From Porticoccaceae bacterium (GTDB taxonomy: Bacteria; Pseudomonadota; Gammaproteobacteria; Pseudomonadales; Porticoccaceae): a DNA stretch of 64,000 nucleotides. The stretch lies in contig JAQXBF010000005.1 in assembly GCA_029252555.1 (NCBI GenBank), forward strand, positions 114,460 to 178,459, read 5' to 3'. This document shows, one piece after another, positions 50,161 through 60,974 of the stretch. The translations under genes were made by a program, and so were the position numbers. The notes beneath the pieces are model-generated. The model made no database searches. It saw nothing but the letters and a program-made list of their open reading frames with translations, and was not told the DNA's origin. Every line of letters starts with the position of its first letter. Positions within the stretch are counted from its first letter, which is position 1.

Positions 50161-51420
50161 TTAGCTACCTGTGGGCAAAAGCTTTTCGCCCTGCACCAGA
50201 TCGGCAATCGTTTCACGGGCACGTATTAAATAGGTTTGCTCTATATCCACCATCACTTCTGCCGCTCTGGGTCGAGTATTGTAATTAGAGCTCATAACAA
50301 ACCCGTAGGCGCCAGCAGAGAAAAGACATAAACGATCGCCTTCAGCAATGGCGAGGGCGCGATCTTTGCCCAAGAAGTCGCTAGTCTCACAGACGGGCCC
50401 TACTACGTCATATTGAGCTTCTGTGGCTGCGCTATTGTGAATCAGTGGTTGGATATCCATCCATGCCTGATACAGGGCTGGACGCAACATATCGTTCATT
50501 GCCGCATCGACAATGGCAAAATTCTTAACGCCATTACTTTTAATAAACGCCACCTGCATCAAAAGAACACCCGCATTTGCTGTCAGTGACCGGCCTGGTT
50601 CCATCACTAATGTCTCATGCCGCCCCTCAAGGCGAGGTAGAAGCTCGGCCATATAGTCAGCGACTGTGGGGGCGTCTTCATCCTGATAGCGAACACCCAG
50701 GCCACCGCCTATATCTATATGTTCCAGGCGGATGCCCAGCTTTTCTAAATGAGCAATTAAGACGAGCAGCCGATCCATTGCATCAATAAAGGGCTTGATC
50801 TCAGTAATCTGGGAGCCAATATGACAGTCCACGCCCACCACAGAAATATTGTCCATCTGTGCTGCGCGCTGATATATCTCCGGCGCCAAATTAATATCGA
50901 TGCCAAATTTGTTCTCTTTCAGCCCGGTGGAAATATAGGGATGAGTTTTTGCATCCACATCTGGATTTACTCGCAGCGACACCGCAGCAGTTTTATTCAG
51001 CTCTGCTGCCGTGGCATTTAACAGGCGTAGCTCGGATTCTGATTCCACATTAAAACAATGGATACCAACTTCCAGTGCTCGTCGCATATCAGCAGAGGTC
51101 TTGGCCACACCGGAAAACACAATTTTAGCGGCATCGCCACCGGCTAGCAGAACTCGCTCTAATTCTCCGAGAGACACAATATCGAACCCGGCACCAAGAT
51201 TCGCCAAGGTTTGCAGTACGGCAAGGTTGGAGTTCGATTTAACCGCATAGCAAATAAGGTGGCTTTGATTTCCCAGAGCCTCTTTGTAGGCCATAAAATT
51301 TTGGCTGAGAGCAGCTTTACTGTAAACATAGCAAGGGGTGCCAAATTGGTTGGCAATGTCGTCGAGAGCAACATCTTCTAAATGAAGTCTCTGGTGTCTG
51401 GTTGAAACTGTATTGTGCAT
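50161..51420 (-). CDS. lysA: Diaminopimelate decarboxylase
   Basis: YAVKSNSN, STGLKENKFGI, HIGSQ, GGGLG, EPGRS, GPVCETSD, MSSNYN. Confidence 0.98.
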   Translation of the reverse strand: MHNTVSTRHQRLHLEDVALDDIANQFGTPCYVYSKAALSQNFMAYKEALGNQSHLICYAVKSNSNLAVLQTLANLGAGFDIVSLGELERVLLAGGDAAKIVFSGVAKTSADMRRALEVGIHCFNVESESELRLLNATAAELNKTAAVSLRVNPDVDAKTHPYISTGLKENKFGIDINLAPEIYQRAAQMDNISVVGVDCHIGSQITEIKPFIDAMDRLLVLIAHLEKLGIRLEHIDIGGGLGVRYQDEDAPTVADYMAELLPRLEGRHETLVMEPGRSLTANAGVLLMQVAFIKSNGVKNFAIVDAAMNDMLRPALYQAWMDIQPLIHNSAATEAQYDVVGPVCETSDFLGKDRALAIAEGDRLCLFSAGAYGFVMSSNYNTRPRAAEVMVDIEQTYLIRARETIADLVQGEKLLPTGS

Positions 51421-51426
51421 AGGGCC

Positions 51427-51564
51427 TTAGGATTCTGTTTGCTCGCGATTAGTATTGGTACCTGAGTCTTCTGGAAGATATAAATCTCCCGTATTGCCGC
51501 AACCGGCCAAACAGCCAAGAAACAACAGGATGGTTAATACATGCGAGGTAATTCGGCGAAGCAT
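51427..51564 (-). CDS. Small lipoprotein LppL/LptM (YifL) family, 45 aa (not in the ORF track)
   Basis: MLRRITSHVLTILLFLGCLAGCGNTGDLYLPEDSG...; lipobox LAGC with the CGxxGxLYLP signature; usual position upstream of lysA. Confidence 0.88.
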   Translation of the reverse strand: MLRRITSHVLTILLFLGCLAGCGNTGDLYLPEDSGTNTNREQTES

Positions 51565-51655
51565 AGGTGACCACCATAAAAGTTATAAGTATAGCGGCAC
51601 TGGTAGATCACGACCAAACAATTATACTGCGTATTAACCATTGGGAAGCGAGATA

Positions 51656-51988
51656 ATGAACGAAGCTGAATACAACCAGATTGTCGATGATCTTATGTTT
51701 TCTATCGAAGAGAGCATTGATGACAGCGGTGCCGATATTGACTATGAGAACAGCGCCGGAATGCTGACGATTACCTGTGAGGATAATGGTTCGCAAATTA
51801 TCCTGTCGCGGCAGCCCGCCATGGCGGAAATATGGTTGGCCGCTCGCTCTGGCGGGTTTCACTTTAAGTTGTTATCTCAGGCTGGTTCAAACCGCTGGCG
51901 CAATACGGTCAGCGGAGAGTTACTATCGGCTATGCTCGGCGATGCTTGTTTGGCTCAATCTGGGGAAGCTATTAACTTCGAGTTTTAA
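51656..51988 (+). CDS. cyaY: Iron donor protein CyaY (frataxin)
   Basis: DIDYENSAGMLTI, IILSRQPAMAEIWLAARSGGFHF. Confidence 0.93.
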   Translation: MNEAEYNQIVDDLMFSIEESIDDSGADIDYENSAGMLTITCEDNGSQIILSRQPAMAEIWLAARSGGFHFKLLSQAGSNRWRNTVSGELLSAMLGDACLAQSGEAINFEF

Positions 51989-52032
51989 GCCATTAACGGT
52001 TAGTGAAAGCCATTAGCTACTAGACAGGGCCA

Positions 52033-53463
52033 TTAGCTGCGAGCTTTTAGCAACTCCAAAGCTCGATCAGCAGCAGCTCTGACTTGATCCGGGGCTGTGC
52101 CTCCAATATGGTTGCGCGCCGCCACAGACCCCTCAAGGGTTAGCACCTCAAAGACATCTTCGCCAATTTGGCCAGAGAATTGCTGCAATTCCTTCAGGCT
52201 CATCTCTGACAGATCTTTGTTTTGCTCGACGCCATAGGCCACAGATTTGCCTACAATCTCATGGGAATCGCGAAAAGGAATACCTTGGCGTACTAAATAA
52301 TCCGCAAGATCTGTCGCGGTAGAAAAGCCCTTGCGAGCCGCTTCATACATAGAGTCTCTATTGGTCTGAATAGCGGGAATCATGTCGCCAAAAGCACGCA
52401 GGCAGTCGACCACCGTATCAACGGCATCAAATAATGGCTCTTTATCTTCCTGATTATCTTTGTTGTAGGCCAGCGGTTGAGACTTCATAAGCGTTAACAA
52501 AGCAATAAGGTGGCCAGTAACTCGGCCTGTTTTTCCGCGCACTAACTCTGGTACATCGGGGTTTTTTTTCTGCGGCATAATTGATGAGCCAGTGCAGAAT
52601 CGATCTGGCAGATTAATAAACTGAAACTGTGCCGAAGTCCAAAGCACCAGTTCTTCTGACATACGCGACATATGGGTCATCAATAGGCTGGCAAAGGCAC
52701 AAAATTCGATGGCGAAGTCGCGATCGCTGACCGAGTCCAGTGAATTTTCAGTTGGTTTATCGAAGTTCATTTCAGTGGCGGTAAACATTCGGTTGATAGG
52801 GTAGGTCGTGCCCGCCAGAGCAGCAGCACCCAATGGGCTCTGATTTAGACGCTTGCGGCAATCCAAAAGTCGCCCAAAATCCCGTTCCAGCATTTCATTC
52901 CACGCCAGCAAATGATGGCCAAAGGTCACTGGTTGGGCTGTTTGCAAATGGGTGAAGCCGGGCATAATAGTAGCGACTTCCGCTGCTGCTAACTCAATCA
53001 TGCCCTGCTGTAAATTAGTAAACAAGGGCTGAATGGAGTCAATCTGATCCCGTAACCAGAGGCGAATATCCGTAGCTACCTGGTCATTTCTCGAACGGCC
53101 AGTGTGTAGTTTTTTACCAACGATACCAATGCGGTCGGTAAGTGCCGCTTCGATATTCATATGCACATCTTCTAAAGCCACAGACCAGGCAAAGCTCCCA
53201 CTGGCAATTTCGCTGTCAATCTCTTGCAGACCATTGCAGATTAAATCTAACTCATCGGCACTCAGCACACCCGCTTGCGTGAGCATTTTTGCGTGGGCAA
53301 CAGAGCCTTGAATGTCTTGCTGAGCCAGCCTCTGATCGAAATTTACTGATGCGGTAAAGCGTGCAACAAAAGCATCAACGGGTTCATTAAACCGGCCGCC
53401 CCAAGCTTGGTTGGTTTGATTGGTTTCATCTTGCTCAGCTGTTTTATCGTCAGACTTGCTCAT
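52033..53463 (-). CDS. argH: Argininosuccinate lyase
   Basis: [48 protein letters not shown]. Confidence 0.99.
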   Translation of the reverse strand: MSKSDDKTAEQDETNQTNQAWGGRFNEPVDAFVARFTASVNFDQRLAQQDIQGSVAHAKMLTQAGVLSADELDLICNGLQEIDSEIASGSFAWSVALEDVHMNIEAALTDRIGIVGKKLHTGRSRNDQVATDIRLWLRDQIDSIQPLFTNLQQGMIELAAAEVATIMPGFTHLQTAQPVTFGHHLLAWNEMLERDFGRLLDCRKRLNQSPLGAAALAGTTYPINRMFTATEMNFDKPTENSLDSVSDRDFAIEFCAFASLLMTHMSRMSEELVLWTSAQFQFINLPDRFCTGSSIMPQKKNPDVPELVRGKTGRVTGHLIALLTLMKSQPLAYNKDNQEDKEPLFDAVDTVVDCLRAFGDMIPAIQTNRDSMYEAARKGFSTATDLADYLVRQGIPFRDSHEIVGKSVAYGVEQNKDLSEMSLKELQQFSGQIGEDVFEVLTLEGSVAARNHIGGTAPDQVRAAADRALELLKARS

Positions 53464-53588
53464 TTACCTGTTTGCTCAGTTATTGAATGCAATGGGAATT
53501 ATAGCTAATCGGAGAGCGGCAATGGTAATAAACATCATCTAAAGTATGTATGATACAGGAGCGCGGCTGAAACCAATGGAGGGTTATT

Positions 53589-54311
53589 ATGGTCAAGGTT
53601 TTGATCGTGGACGACGACCTGTTGGTGGGTGTTCGCATTGAACAGCTGCTGGCAGCAGTAAAAAATATAGAAGTTGTTGGAATAGCCGCGACTGGTTGTG
53701 ATGCCCAAGCCATAGCCAGCAAGAACAACCCTGATATCTTGCTCTTGAAACTTCCCATAGCATCTGAAAATGAAATCCATATTGTTGAATTACTGCAGCG
53801 GGCTGACTTCTTTCCCGTGGTGATATTTTGCCCTTCATTCGATGGTTTTAACCCAATGCCAGCCGCTATTAAGCGTGCGGCATCCTTCAAGATGAAGCTC
53901 GTTAATTCAGATGATTTGCTCTCGTCACTGCTGGCCGCCAGTAAGTTAGTCCATCGGCAACGCAAAGAAAAAAGCGTCGAACCTAGAACCCACCTGTACG
54001 TATATAGCTATTTAGGCATAGATGAAATTCCTATCGACAAAGTGCTGTTTCTGCAAGCAGATCAAAAATATGTCAAAGCCTACATGGCGGACTCTGTTGT
54101 CACCATCAATGACAGCATCAAGAGCTTGGAAGCAGAATTTAAGCAGCTATTTGTCAGAATTCATCGCAATGCTCTGTTCGCAATGGATTCTATCGAAGGC
54201 CTTACGAAAATTCATGGTCGTCTGGTGGTAAAAATTAAACGCTTAGGCATTGAGCCCATCGTTAGTCGATGAAGAGCATCATATTTGCGTCAATTATTGC
54301 CACTTCTCTGA
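53589..54311 (+). pseudogene. algR: Degenerate AlgR-like LytTR response regulator, premature TGA
   Basis: LytTR motifs ADQKYV, SIKSLEAEF, FVRIHRNAL; receiver lacks the phospho-Asp (ILLLKLP for VLLDIRMP); VSR*RASYLRQLLPLL* (TGA at 54270); algR position between argH and hemC. Confidence 0.65.
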
Positions 54312-54367
54312 CAATGGCGTGCAAATCGTCGATAATAGAGTCATAAATACTGACGCAGGTTAACTCC

Positions 54368-55300
54368 TTGACTAAAACAGTCCGCATCGCGACGAGAAAA
54401 AGTCCTCTTGCCCTCTGGCAGGCCGAATATGTAAAGACTCAACTGCTGCACCATAATCCGGCGCTGCAAGTCGAATTGGTCGCCATGAGCACCAGAGGAG
54501 ACAAGCTTTTAGATACTCCCTTGGCCAAAGTGGGGGGCAAAGGTCTCTTTGTAAAGGAGTTAGAATTGGCTATGTTGGAAGGTAGGGCGGATATCGCTGT
54601 GCACTCCATGAAAGATGTCCCAATGGAATTCCCCCCTGGCCTCGAATTAGCAGTTATTTGCCAGCGGGAAGACCCTATGGATGCCTTTGTCTCTAATTAT
54701 TATCAGAGTTTAGAGCAACTACCTGATGGCTCTGTAGTAGGCACATCCAGTTTGCGCCGGCAATGTCAGGTGCGTGCCAACTTCCCCAATCTGCAAATCA
54801 AAGAATTGCGTGGCAATGTGAATACTAGGCTCGGCAAACTAGATGCTGGCGAATACGACGGCATTATTTTGGCCAGTGCCGGGCTGATCCGTCTGGATAT
54901 GGCTCACCGGATTACTTCCAGGCTTGAGTCAAAGCTCTCTCTGCCTGCCGGAGGGCAGGGTGCAGTGGGTATTGAATGCCGTGTTGCGGATCAGGCTACC
55001 CTCGACCTTTTAGCACCGTTGCATGATCAGGATACCGCCAGCTGCGTGTTGGCCGAGCGTGCGGTTAATCGCCATTTGCAAGGAGGTTGTCAGGTACCCA
55101 TCGCCTGTTTCGCCGAACTGGACGCTCAGACCCAAACCTTGGCTCTGCGCGGTTTAGTGGGCAGTGTTGATGGTGCAACTATTTTGCGTGCCAATATTGA
55201 CGGGCCCCGGGAGGACGCAGAGAAGCTGGGTGTGGAGCTTGCGGAACAGTTGCTAGCCGCTGGTGCTGGCGATATTCTGGCTGAGGTCTATGAACGCTAA
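54368..55300 (+). CDS. hemC: Porphobilinogen deaminase
   Basis: [45 protein letters not shown]. Confidence 0.99.
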   Translation: MTKTVRIATRKSPLALWQAEYVKTQLLHHNPALQVELVAMSTRGDKLLDTPLAKVGGKGLFVKELELAMLEGRADIAVHSMKDVPMEFPPGLELAVICQREDPMDAFVSNYYQSLEQLPDGSVVGTSSLRRQCQVRANFPNLQIKELRGNVNTRLGKLDAGEYDGIILASAGLIRLDMAHRITSRLESKLSLPAGGQGAVGIECRVADQATLDLLAPLHDQDTASCVLAERAVNRHLQGGCQVPIACFAELDAQTQTLALRGLVGSVDGATILRANIDGPREDAEKLGVELAEQLLAAGAGDILAEVYER

Positions 55301-56054
55301 AAGTACAGGGAAAAAACCAGTATTGGTGGTGCGCCCTCTGCGTGAGCAGGATGCATTTTTGCACCTGCTCACGCAGGCCAATATTGAGTATCAATATCAA
55401 CCGATTATGCATATCGAACCTATTGCTGAACCACAGCCTGAGGTTGAGTTAATAAAGAGTACGATTCTCCAGTTTGCAGAGTTTGACCACGCCATCTTTA
55501 TAAGTGCCAATGCCGCGGAGCTGGGCATTCAATGGTTGGACGAATACTGGCCTATGTTGCCCACCGGCATTGAATTCTTTGCGGTAGGTCAGCAGACAGA
55601 ACAAATACTGACCGCCTACGGTTGCCCAGTGTCCACGCCACAAAAACAGCAAAATACCGAAGGCCTTTTGCAAGAGATGGAGCCATTGCAGAGCTTGCAA
55701 AATAAATCGGTGGTGATTTTTCGAGGCGGGGGTGGGCGCACGACTTTGGGTGACACATTGGCGAGTCGCGGTGCTGCGGTGACCTATTGTGAACTTTACC
55801 GTCGAGTGATTGAGCAGAATAAGCTAATCGATGCCCAGGCTCTAATACACCAGGCAAGTTGTTTGGTGGCTCATAGTGGAGAGCTTATTCAAGCAATGGG
55901 TCCGGCCAGCAATAACAGTATCGAGCTGCCTCTGGTGGTACCCAGCGATCGAGTGGCTGAGATATCGCGCAAGCTGGGCTATAGTAATGTTCAGGTGGCC
56001 AAAAATGCTCTGCCAGAGTCCATGTTTGAGGCAGTTCAAGCCGCGCTGGCTTAG
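55290..56054 (+). CDS. hemD: Uroporphyrinogen-III synthase
   Basis: [37 protein letters not shown]; ATG at 55290 overlaps the end of hemC. Confidence 0.92.
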   Translation: MNAKSTGKKPVLVVRPLREQDAFLHLLTQANIEYQYQPIMHIEPIAEPQPEVELIKSTILQFAEFDHAIFISANAAELGIQWLDEYWPMLPTGIEFFAVGQQTEQILTAYGCPVSTPQKQQNTEGLLQEMEPLQSLQNKSVVIFRGGGGRTTLGDTLASRGAAVTYCELYRRVIEQNKLIDAQALIHQASCLVAHSGELIQAMGPASNNSIELPLVVPSDRVAEISRKLGYSNVQVAKNALPESMFEAVQAALA

Positions 56055-56089
56055 CCTGTCTTTTAAGCTCGGATCATAATAAGCTACTG

Positions 56090-56146
<57 letters not shown>

Positions 56147-56174
56147 TTAGTTGAACAGTAATAGAGGGAATGCA

Positions 56175-57320
56175 GTGACTGAAGAAACTAAACCGGCAAA
56201 CGAGAATGCGGCTGCAAAGAAGCAGCCTGAGCCAAGTAAAAACCCTGAGTCCAAAAAAGCCGCAGCCTCCAAACAAAAGCCCTCAGGCTTTTTCCGTGCA
56301 CTAAAAATAATGCTTCTGCTATGCCTTATAACGGTCATTTCTGTCGGCTGTTGGTTGGGCTGGGCTTATTGGCAAGCTCAGATTGTAAGTGGGGATAATT
56401 CTCAGCAACAGCTTGCCAGCCTGCAAGATTCAGTCGATAGTATGCAGCAGCAATTCAAGCTGGACCAAAAGCGCCAGAGCCTGCAATTGCAGAATATTAA
56501 GCAGTTACAGCAAACTATCTCTAATTTGCAATTGCGCTCCAATAGTCACGGTCAGAGGCTTGCCGAGCTGGGTTCAACTTCCCGGAGCGATTGGTTGATT
56601 GCCGAGGCAGTGTATCTGACCCGTCTGGCAAACCAGCGTCTGCAAACAGAGCGCAGCATTAAAAACCCTTTGGCCCTACTGGCAAGTGTTGATGTGATTC
56701 TGCAAGAGCTAGATGACCCAGAGTTAACCCCAGCACGAAGCGCTCTGGCAGCGGATATCACCGCGTTAAGGCTAGCTGGTGAGGTTGATGCAGAGGGGAT
56801 TTTCTTAGAATTGAGCTCCGTGGTAAATAGTATCGGGCAGCTGAGTATGCGCAGCACTCCGACTGAGCCTGAGGAGAGTAGTCGGTTACCCCCCGGGCCA
56901 TTAGTAGAAACTCAATCCGAGAATTCAGATTCAGCAATAGCAGAATTTGCCAAAAAACTGAGTAAGCTCATCAGAGTTCAGCGGCGCAGCCAGCCTATAG
57001 AGCCGATGTTACAGCCTGAGGAAGAAGTGATTGTCCGGCAGAATTTGCGCTTGATGCTGGAGCAGGCTCAGAGTGGTCTGTTGCGCGAGCAGCAAGTGAT
57101 TTATAGCCAGAGCATTAGCAAAGCGCAGTCTTGGTTGATGCTATATTTCCAGCTCAACCCAAGTGCACAGGTTATATCTGAACGGTTGGCTGAGCTTGCT
57201 AAAGTGCAGGTGGTTCAGCAGTTGCCGCAGATTAATAGCTCTCTTAACGCCATAGAGACAGTTGTTGCCATGCGCCGTAATCGTCTCAGCGAGGGAACTC
57301 AACAGGAGTTACAGAGGTGA
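56175..57320 (+). CDS. hemX: HemX family protein
   Basis: Single TM, coiled coil, DWLIAEAVYLTRLANQRL, VRQNLRLMLEQAQ; GTG at 56175 after AGAGGGA preferred over TTG at 56151. Confidence 0.9.
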   Translation: MTEETKPANENAAAKKQPEPSKNPESKKAAASKQKPSGFFRALKIMLLLCLITVISVGCWLGWAYWQAQIVSGDNSQQQLASLQDSVDSMQQQFKLDQKRQSLQLQNIKQLQQTISNLQLRSNSHGQRLAELGSTSRSDWLIAEAVYLTRLANQRLQTERSIKNPLALLASVDVILQELDDPELTPARSALAADITALRLAGEVDAEGIFLELSSVVNSIGQLSMRSTPTEPEESSRLPPGPLVETQSENSDSAIAEFAKKLSKLIRVQRRSQPIEPMLQPEEEVIVRQNLRLMLEQAQSGLLREQQVIYSQSISKAQSWLMLYFQLNPSAQVISERLAELAKVQVVQQLPQINSSLNAIETVVAMRRNRLSEGTQQELQR

Positions 57321-58525
57321 GAAAACTGCTGGTTATTTCTGTCTTGGCACTACTGGCTGGTGCTGCTGTTATCTGGTTGTTGCAGCAGGGCAGTGGCTAT
57401 GTACTGATTAGTCTTGGTGATACCAGTATTGAAATGAGTGCTCTGGTTGCAGGGGCAATCTACGTTTTGCTGACCGGTTTTTTACTCTGGTCGCTACTGG
57501 CTGTCAGGTGGCTTACCTCAGCTGGCGGTATTCGTCTCTGGTGGAATGGTCGTCGCAGCGCTAAACAGCGCAACAAAACCGCTCAAGGTCTGCTCTTGTA
57601 TGCAGATCAAGACTGGCAAAAGGCCAGCCTTCTTTTATCCCAGTCTGCAGACCGCTCATCGATGCCGGTGGTAAATCTATTATTTGCCGCACGAGCGGCG
57701 GCGGATAGCAATGAGCCAAATAAGGCCCGACAGCTATTGCAGCGGCTAAAAATGACCCATCCAAAATCCCAGTTGTTGGCGGATAAATTGCTGGCAGAGC
57801 TTTTGATTGTTGACGAGAAACTTGATGAAGCAGTGCTACTACTGGAATCACTGCATAGGGAAAATCCCAGTGATACCGGAATATTGCGTCTGCTGGTCGA
57901 CGCCTACTTCCTGCTTGAAGATTGGGTTATGGCCCAAAAGCTATTGGCCGACATTAAACATTATGCTGCCCTAAATAAGCGCGCCATCAAGTTGTTAGAA
58001 TTAGATATCTACACAAGCCTGCTGGCGGAGTTTGTGGCCGATCCAGAATTTACGGAACAGGAGCAGCAGGGTCAGCTTGCCGAGCTTTGGGAGATGCTGC
58101 CACAGCCCCTGCGCAAGGTACCAGAAGTCATTGTGCAATATGCCGATGCCCTGGCCGCGGTCAATGGCACAGATAAGCTACAGCCGTTGTTAACCAAGGC
58201 CCTCAATAATGAGTGGCACCCAGATCTGATCGACAGGTTTGGAGGTCTGCAGACCTCAAAGCCAGAAAAACAGCTGTCGATCGGCGAGAAATGGTTGCCT
58301 GCCCACAGTGATGATGCGGGCCTTTTGTTAGCACTGGGGCGAATCTGTGGTCGTTTGGGTCTAACGGGCAAGGCTAAAGATTATTTAACCAGTGCGGTGA
58401 GTCTTGAACCCAGCCCACAGAATTATCTTGAATTGGCTGAGCTTCTCGGAGCTATGGGCGAGAACAAAGCAAGTGCAACTGTCTATCGAGATGGCCTGCG
58501 AGCAGGGCTTAAAGAGTCTGAATAA
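57317..58525 (+). CDS. hemY: HemY family TPR protein
   Basis: GYVLISLG...IEMS, TPR-like helices, LLALGRIC; operon position. Confidence 0.88.
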   Translation: MRKLLVISVLALLAGAAVIWLLQQGSGYVLISLGDTSIEMSALVAGAIYVLLTGFLLWSLLAVRWLTSAGGIRLWWNGRRSAKQRNKTAQGLLLYADQDWQKASLLLSQSADRSSMPVVNLLFAARAAADSNEPNKARQLLQRLKMTHPKSQLLADKLLAELLIVDEKLDEAVLLLESLHRENPSDTGILRLLVDAYFLLEDWVMAQKLLADIKHYAALNKRAIKLLELDIYTSLLAEFVADPEFTEQEQQGQLAELWEMLPQPLRKVPEVIVQYADALAAVNGTDKLQPLLTKALNNEWHPDLIDRFGGLQTSKPEKQLSIGEKWLPAHSDDAGLLLALGRICGRLGLTGKAKDYLTSAVSLEPSPQNYLELAELLGAMGENKASATVYRDGLRAGLKESE

Positions 58526-58534
58526 CCCCTTGGG

Positions 58535-59827
58535 CTAGATACGGTTCTTTTTTAAATCTCGAATTAAAAATCTGGCCGGGTGCATAGCCAGGCGCAAATC
58601 AGAGTCCAGCAATGGCTGCTCTCTATCAAATTCCCCTGCAATTTCTCCAGCGAGAATCTCAGCGGTTAGCGGCGCATAGCTCAACCCTCTTGAGCCCATT
58701 CCGCAATTGATATACAGATTGGGCACATAGCTACCTAGGCTAGATATATCTGACCGCGCATCCCGGCGCAGTGGGGCGTAATCTTCAAGTAGCTGGGAAA
58801 CATTTGGCACTGGCCCAACGATCGGCAGATAGTCTTTGGTGGTGCAGCGATAATTGGCTCGGCCGGATAAATTAGCAAGATTCTGCGGGCCGATTGCCGC
58901 CCCTAAGCCCGGGTCTGTAGCGGCCATCTGGCCCAAGTTGGCCTGATGGTCGGAGTCACGCAGCTCTGTTGTAAAAACCCCTTTGTTATAGGTGGCTCCG
59001 CAGCTGTGCAGGCCATTATTTTGAGGGGTGATATAACCTTCACCACAGATAACAGTTTTCAGTGCACGAGTCTTTTGATTGGCCGGCAGATCCGTGACTT
59101 GCCCACGCAGCTGGGTCATAGGAAGAAAGTCTGTTTGCTCGAAATTTAAACAATCGAAGGCATTGGCAACCACTAGGCTCTCACTGGTCAGACACAGATC
59201 ACCATTGGCATCTATCAGTTGCCAGTAGTTATCAGTATTGGAAATATTATGGATATCGGCGCTGATCAAAGGTATTTGCCAGTGGGCTAGCAGTTCTCGG
59301 CAAATTTCTGCAGGGGGCAGCCAGCCCAGTTCAGGGAAATACAGGCCCAGTTCAGCTTGCAGTTTAATACCAGATAAAGCACAGAGCTCAGCATTTTTGT
59401 GCAGCCCAACCAGTGCAGGTTCATTATCAAAACGCTGGCCGATGGTCTTAAAATCATTCAGTACTTTGTTGTTCTCTGGCAGAACAAGCACTCCGCACTG
59501 GTCGCCAAAGCCCTGCTGCCAGAAAGGTTTATAATAACGGCTAGCAAATTTCATCGAGGCGAGATTGACCCGAGGTAGAACATCATCCCGAGACGATAAT
59601 TTGGGGTAGACAATAGCCTGACTATTGCCAGAGCCCTCGCAACCGGCGGTTTGGTGGCGGTCAATAACCCGCACTTGGAGCCCGCGTCTAGCAAGCGCCA
59701 CTGCTGTGGTACAACCGGCAATACCCGCGCCTAGCACAGTGATCTCTTTAGTTACTCTGGGGGCCTCCGACTTATTCAGATGCCAGGGCTGCTTGGGGCT
59801 TCTTTTACCACTGGTGTAGCTGCTCAT
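58535..59827 (-). CDS. FAD-dependent cmnm5s2U oxidoreductase (MnmC C-terminal domain only)
   Basis: PW linker, VLGAGIAG, GSGNSQAIVYP, RGQVT, GATY, RCTTKDYLPIVG, GMGSRGL, PARFLIRDL; no N-terminal methyltransferase domain; ATG at 59827. Confidence 0.85.
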   Translation of the reverse strand: MSSYTSGKRSPKQPWHLNKSEAPRVTKEITVLGAGIAGCTTAVALARRGLQVRVIDRHQTAGCEGSGNSQAIVYPKLSSRDDVLPRVNLASMKFASRYYKPFWQQGFGDQCGVLVLPENNKVLNDFKTIGQRFDNEPALVGLHKNAELCALSGIKLQAELGLYFPELGWLPPAEICRELLAHWQIPLISADIHNISNTDNYWQLIDANGDLCLTSESLVVANAFDCLNFEQTDFLPMTQLRGQVTDLPANQKTRALKTVICGEGYITPQNNGLHSCGATYNKGVFTTELRDSDHQANLGQMAATDPGLGAAIGPQNLANLSGRANYRCTTKDYLPIVGPVPNVSQLLEDYAPLRRDARSDISSLGSYVPNLYINCGMGSRGLSYAPLTAEILAGEIAGEFDREQPLLDSDLRLAMHPARFLIRDLKKNRI

Positions 59828-59828
59828 G

Positions 59829-60362
59829 CTAGATAAGCCCAAACTCATTCAGAATCTGCTGTGACCATTTGGCAATATAGTCGTCGGTTAGCTCCAGTTG
59901 ATTTTCATCGTCTAGGGGAAGTCCGACAAAAAACTTGCCGTCATCACTCAACGCCTTGGACTGCTCAAAGCTGTAGCCTTGGTTAGGCCATGCTCCTACA
60001 GCACGGCCCCCAAGATTGATCATCTTGGCCCAGAGGTAACCCAGCGCATCCTGAAACCATTCTGGGTAGCCAATCTGATCACCAAGTCCGTAGATCGCCA
60101 CCTGAGCGCCAGTAAAATTCAGGCTATCTACGGCATCCCAGTTGGATTCCCAGTCCTCTTGAAGCTCACCGTAATCCCAAGTGGGAATGCCAAGGATTAA
60201 ATAGTCATAGTTGGCCATCAGCTCAATGGAGTCTGTCGCGATATTGTGCAGTGCCACCAGTTCAGAGCCACTTAACTCATTAATAACCTCGGCTATTTTT
60301 TCAGCCGCCATCTCGGTGTAGCAAGTCGAGCTACCATAAAATAGTCCAATTTTTGCTCCCAT
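59829..60362 (-). CDS. fldB: Long-chain flavodoxin (FldB-like)
   Basis: [50 protein letters not shown]; ATG overlaps the trmL stop. Confidence 0.9.
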   Translation of the reverse strand: MGAKIGLFYGSSTCYTEMAAEKIAEVINELSGSELVALHNIATDSIELMANYDYLILGIPTWDYGELQEDWESNWDAVDSLNFTGAQVAIYGLGDQIGYPEWFQDALGYLWAKMINLGGRAVGAWPNQGYSFEQSKALSDDGKFFVGLPLDDENQLELTDDYIAKWSQQILNEFGLI

Positions 60363-60847
60363 TAGCTGCGCTTTTCCTGTACTTGAAAACTGCCGACAAA
60401 ACCCTGCTGGCGCCAAGCTTCATAGGCAACAATAGACACTGTATTAGAGAGATTGAGGCTGCGGCTGTCTGCCTGCATGGGAAGTCGCAACACATGGTCG
60501 ACGCCAATTTCTGTTCGAATATCTTCCGGTAGCCCGCGGGTTTCAGGTCCGAATAGCAAAGTGTCACCAGCCTGATACTGAATATTGGAATAGCATTTTG
60601 AGCCCTTGGTGCTGAGGGCATACACTGTGGTTGCTCCTGCGGCCTGCAGGTAGGCAGGCCAGTTGGCATGGACCTGCAATGATTGAAATTCACGGTAGTC
60701 AAGGCCAGCTCGACGCAGTTTTTTATCTTCCAAATCAAAACCCAATGGCGCAATAAGGTGCAGGCAAAACCCAGTATTGGCGCACAGGCGAATAATATTG
60801 CCGGTATTAGGGGGAATTTCAGGCTGATAGAGCACTATATTAAGCAT
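60362..60847 (-). CDS. trmL: tRNA (cytidine/uridine(34)-2'-O)-methyltransferase
   Basis: [44 protein letters not shown]. Confidence 0.97.
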   Translation of the reverse strand: MLNIVLYQPEIPPNTGNIIRLCANTGFCLHLIAPLGFDLEDKKLRRAGLDYREFQSLQVHANWPAYLQAAGATTVYALSTKGSKCYSNIQYQAGDTLLFGPETRGLPEDIRTEIGVDHVLRLPMQADSRSLNLSNTVSIVAYEAWRQQGFVGSFQVQEKRS

Positions 60848-60974
60848 AATTTTTTGTTTGGCCGTCTAGCCCTGTATTATCGCACTAATTGGTAGCTCTG
60901 ATATAGGCCGATAAGCGAGTATCGGAGGGCTGAGCTATTTTTACATAAGTATTAAAATAAAAAGGACGAAAGAT

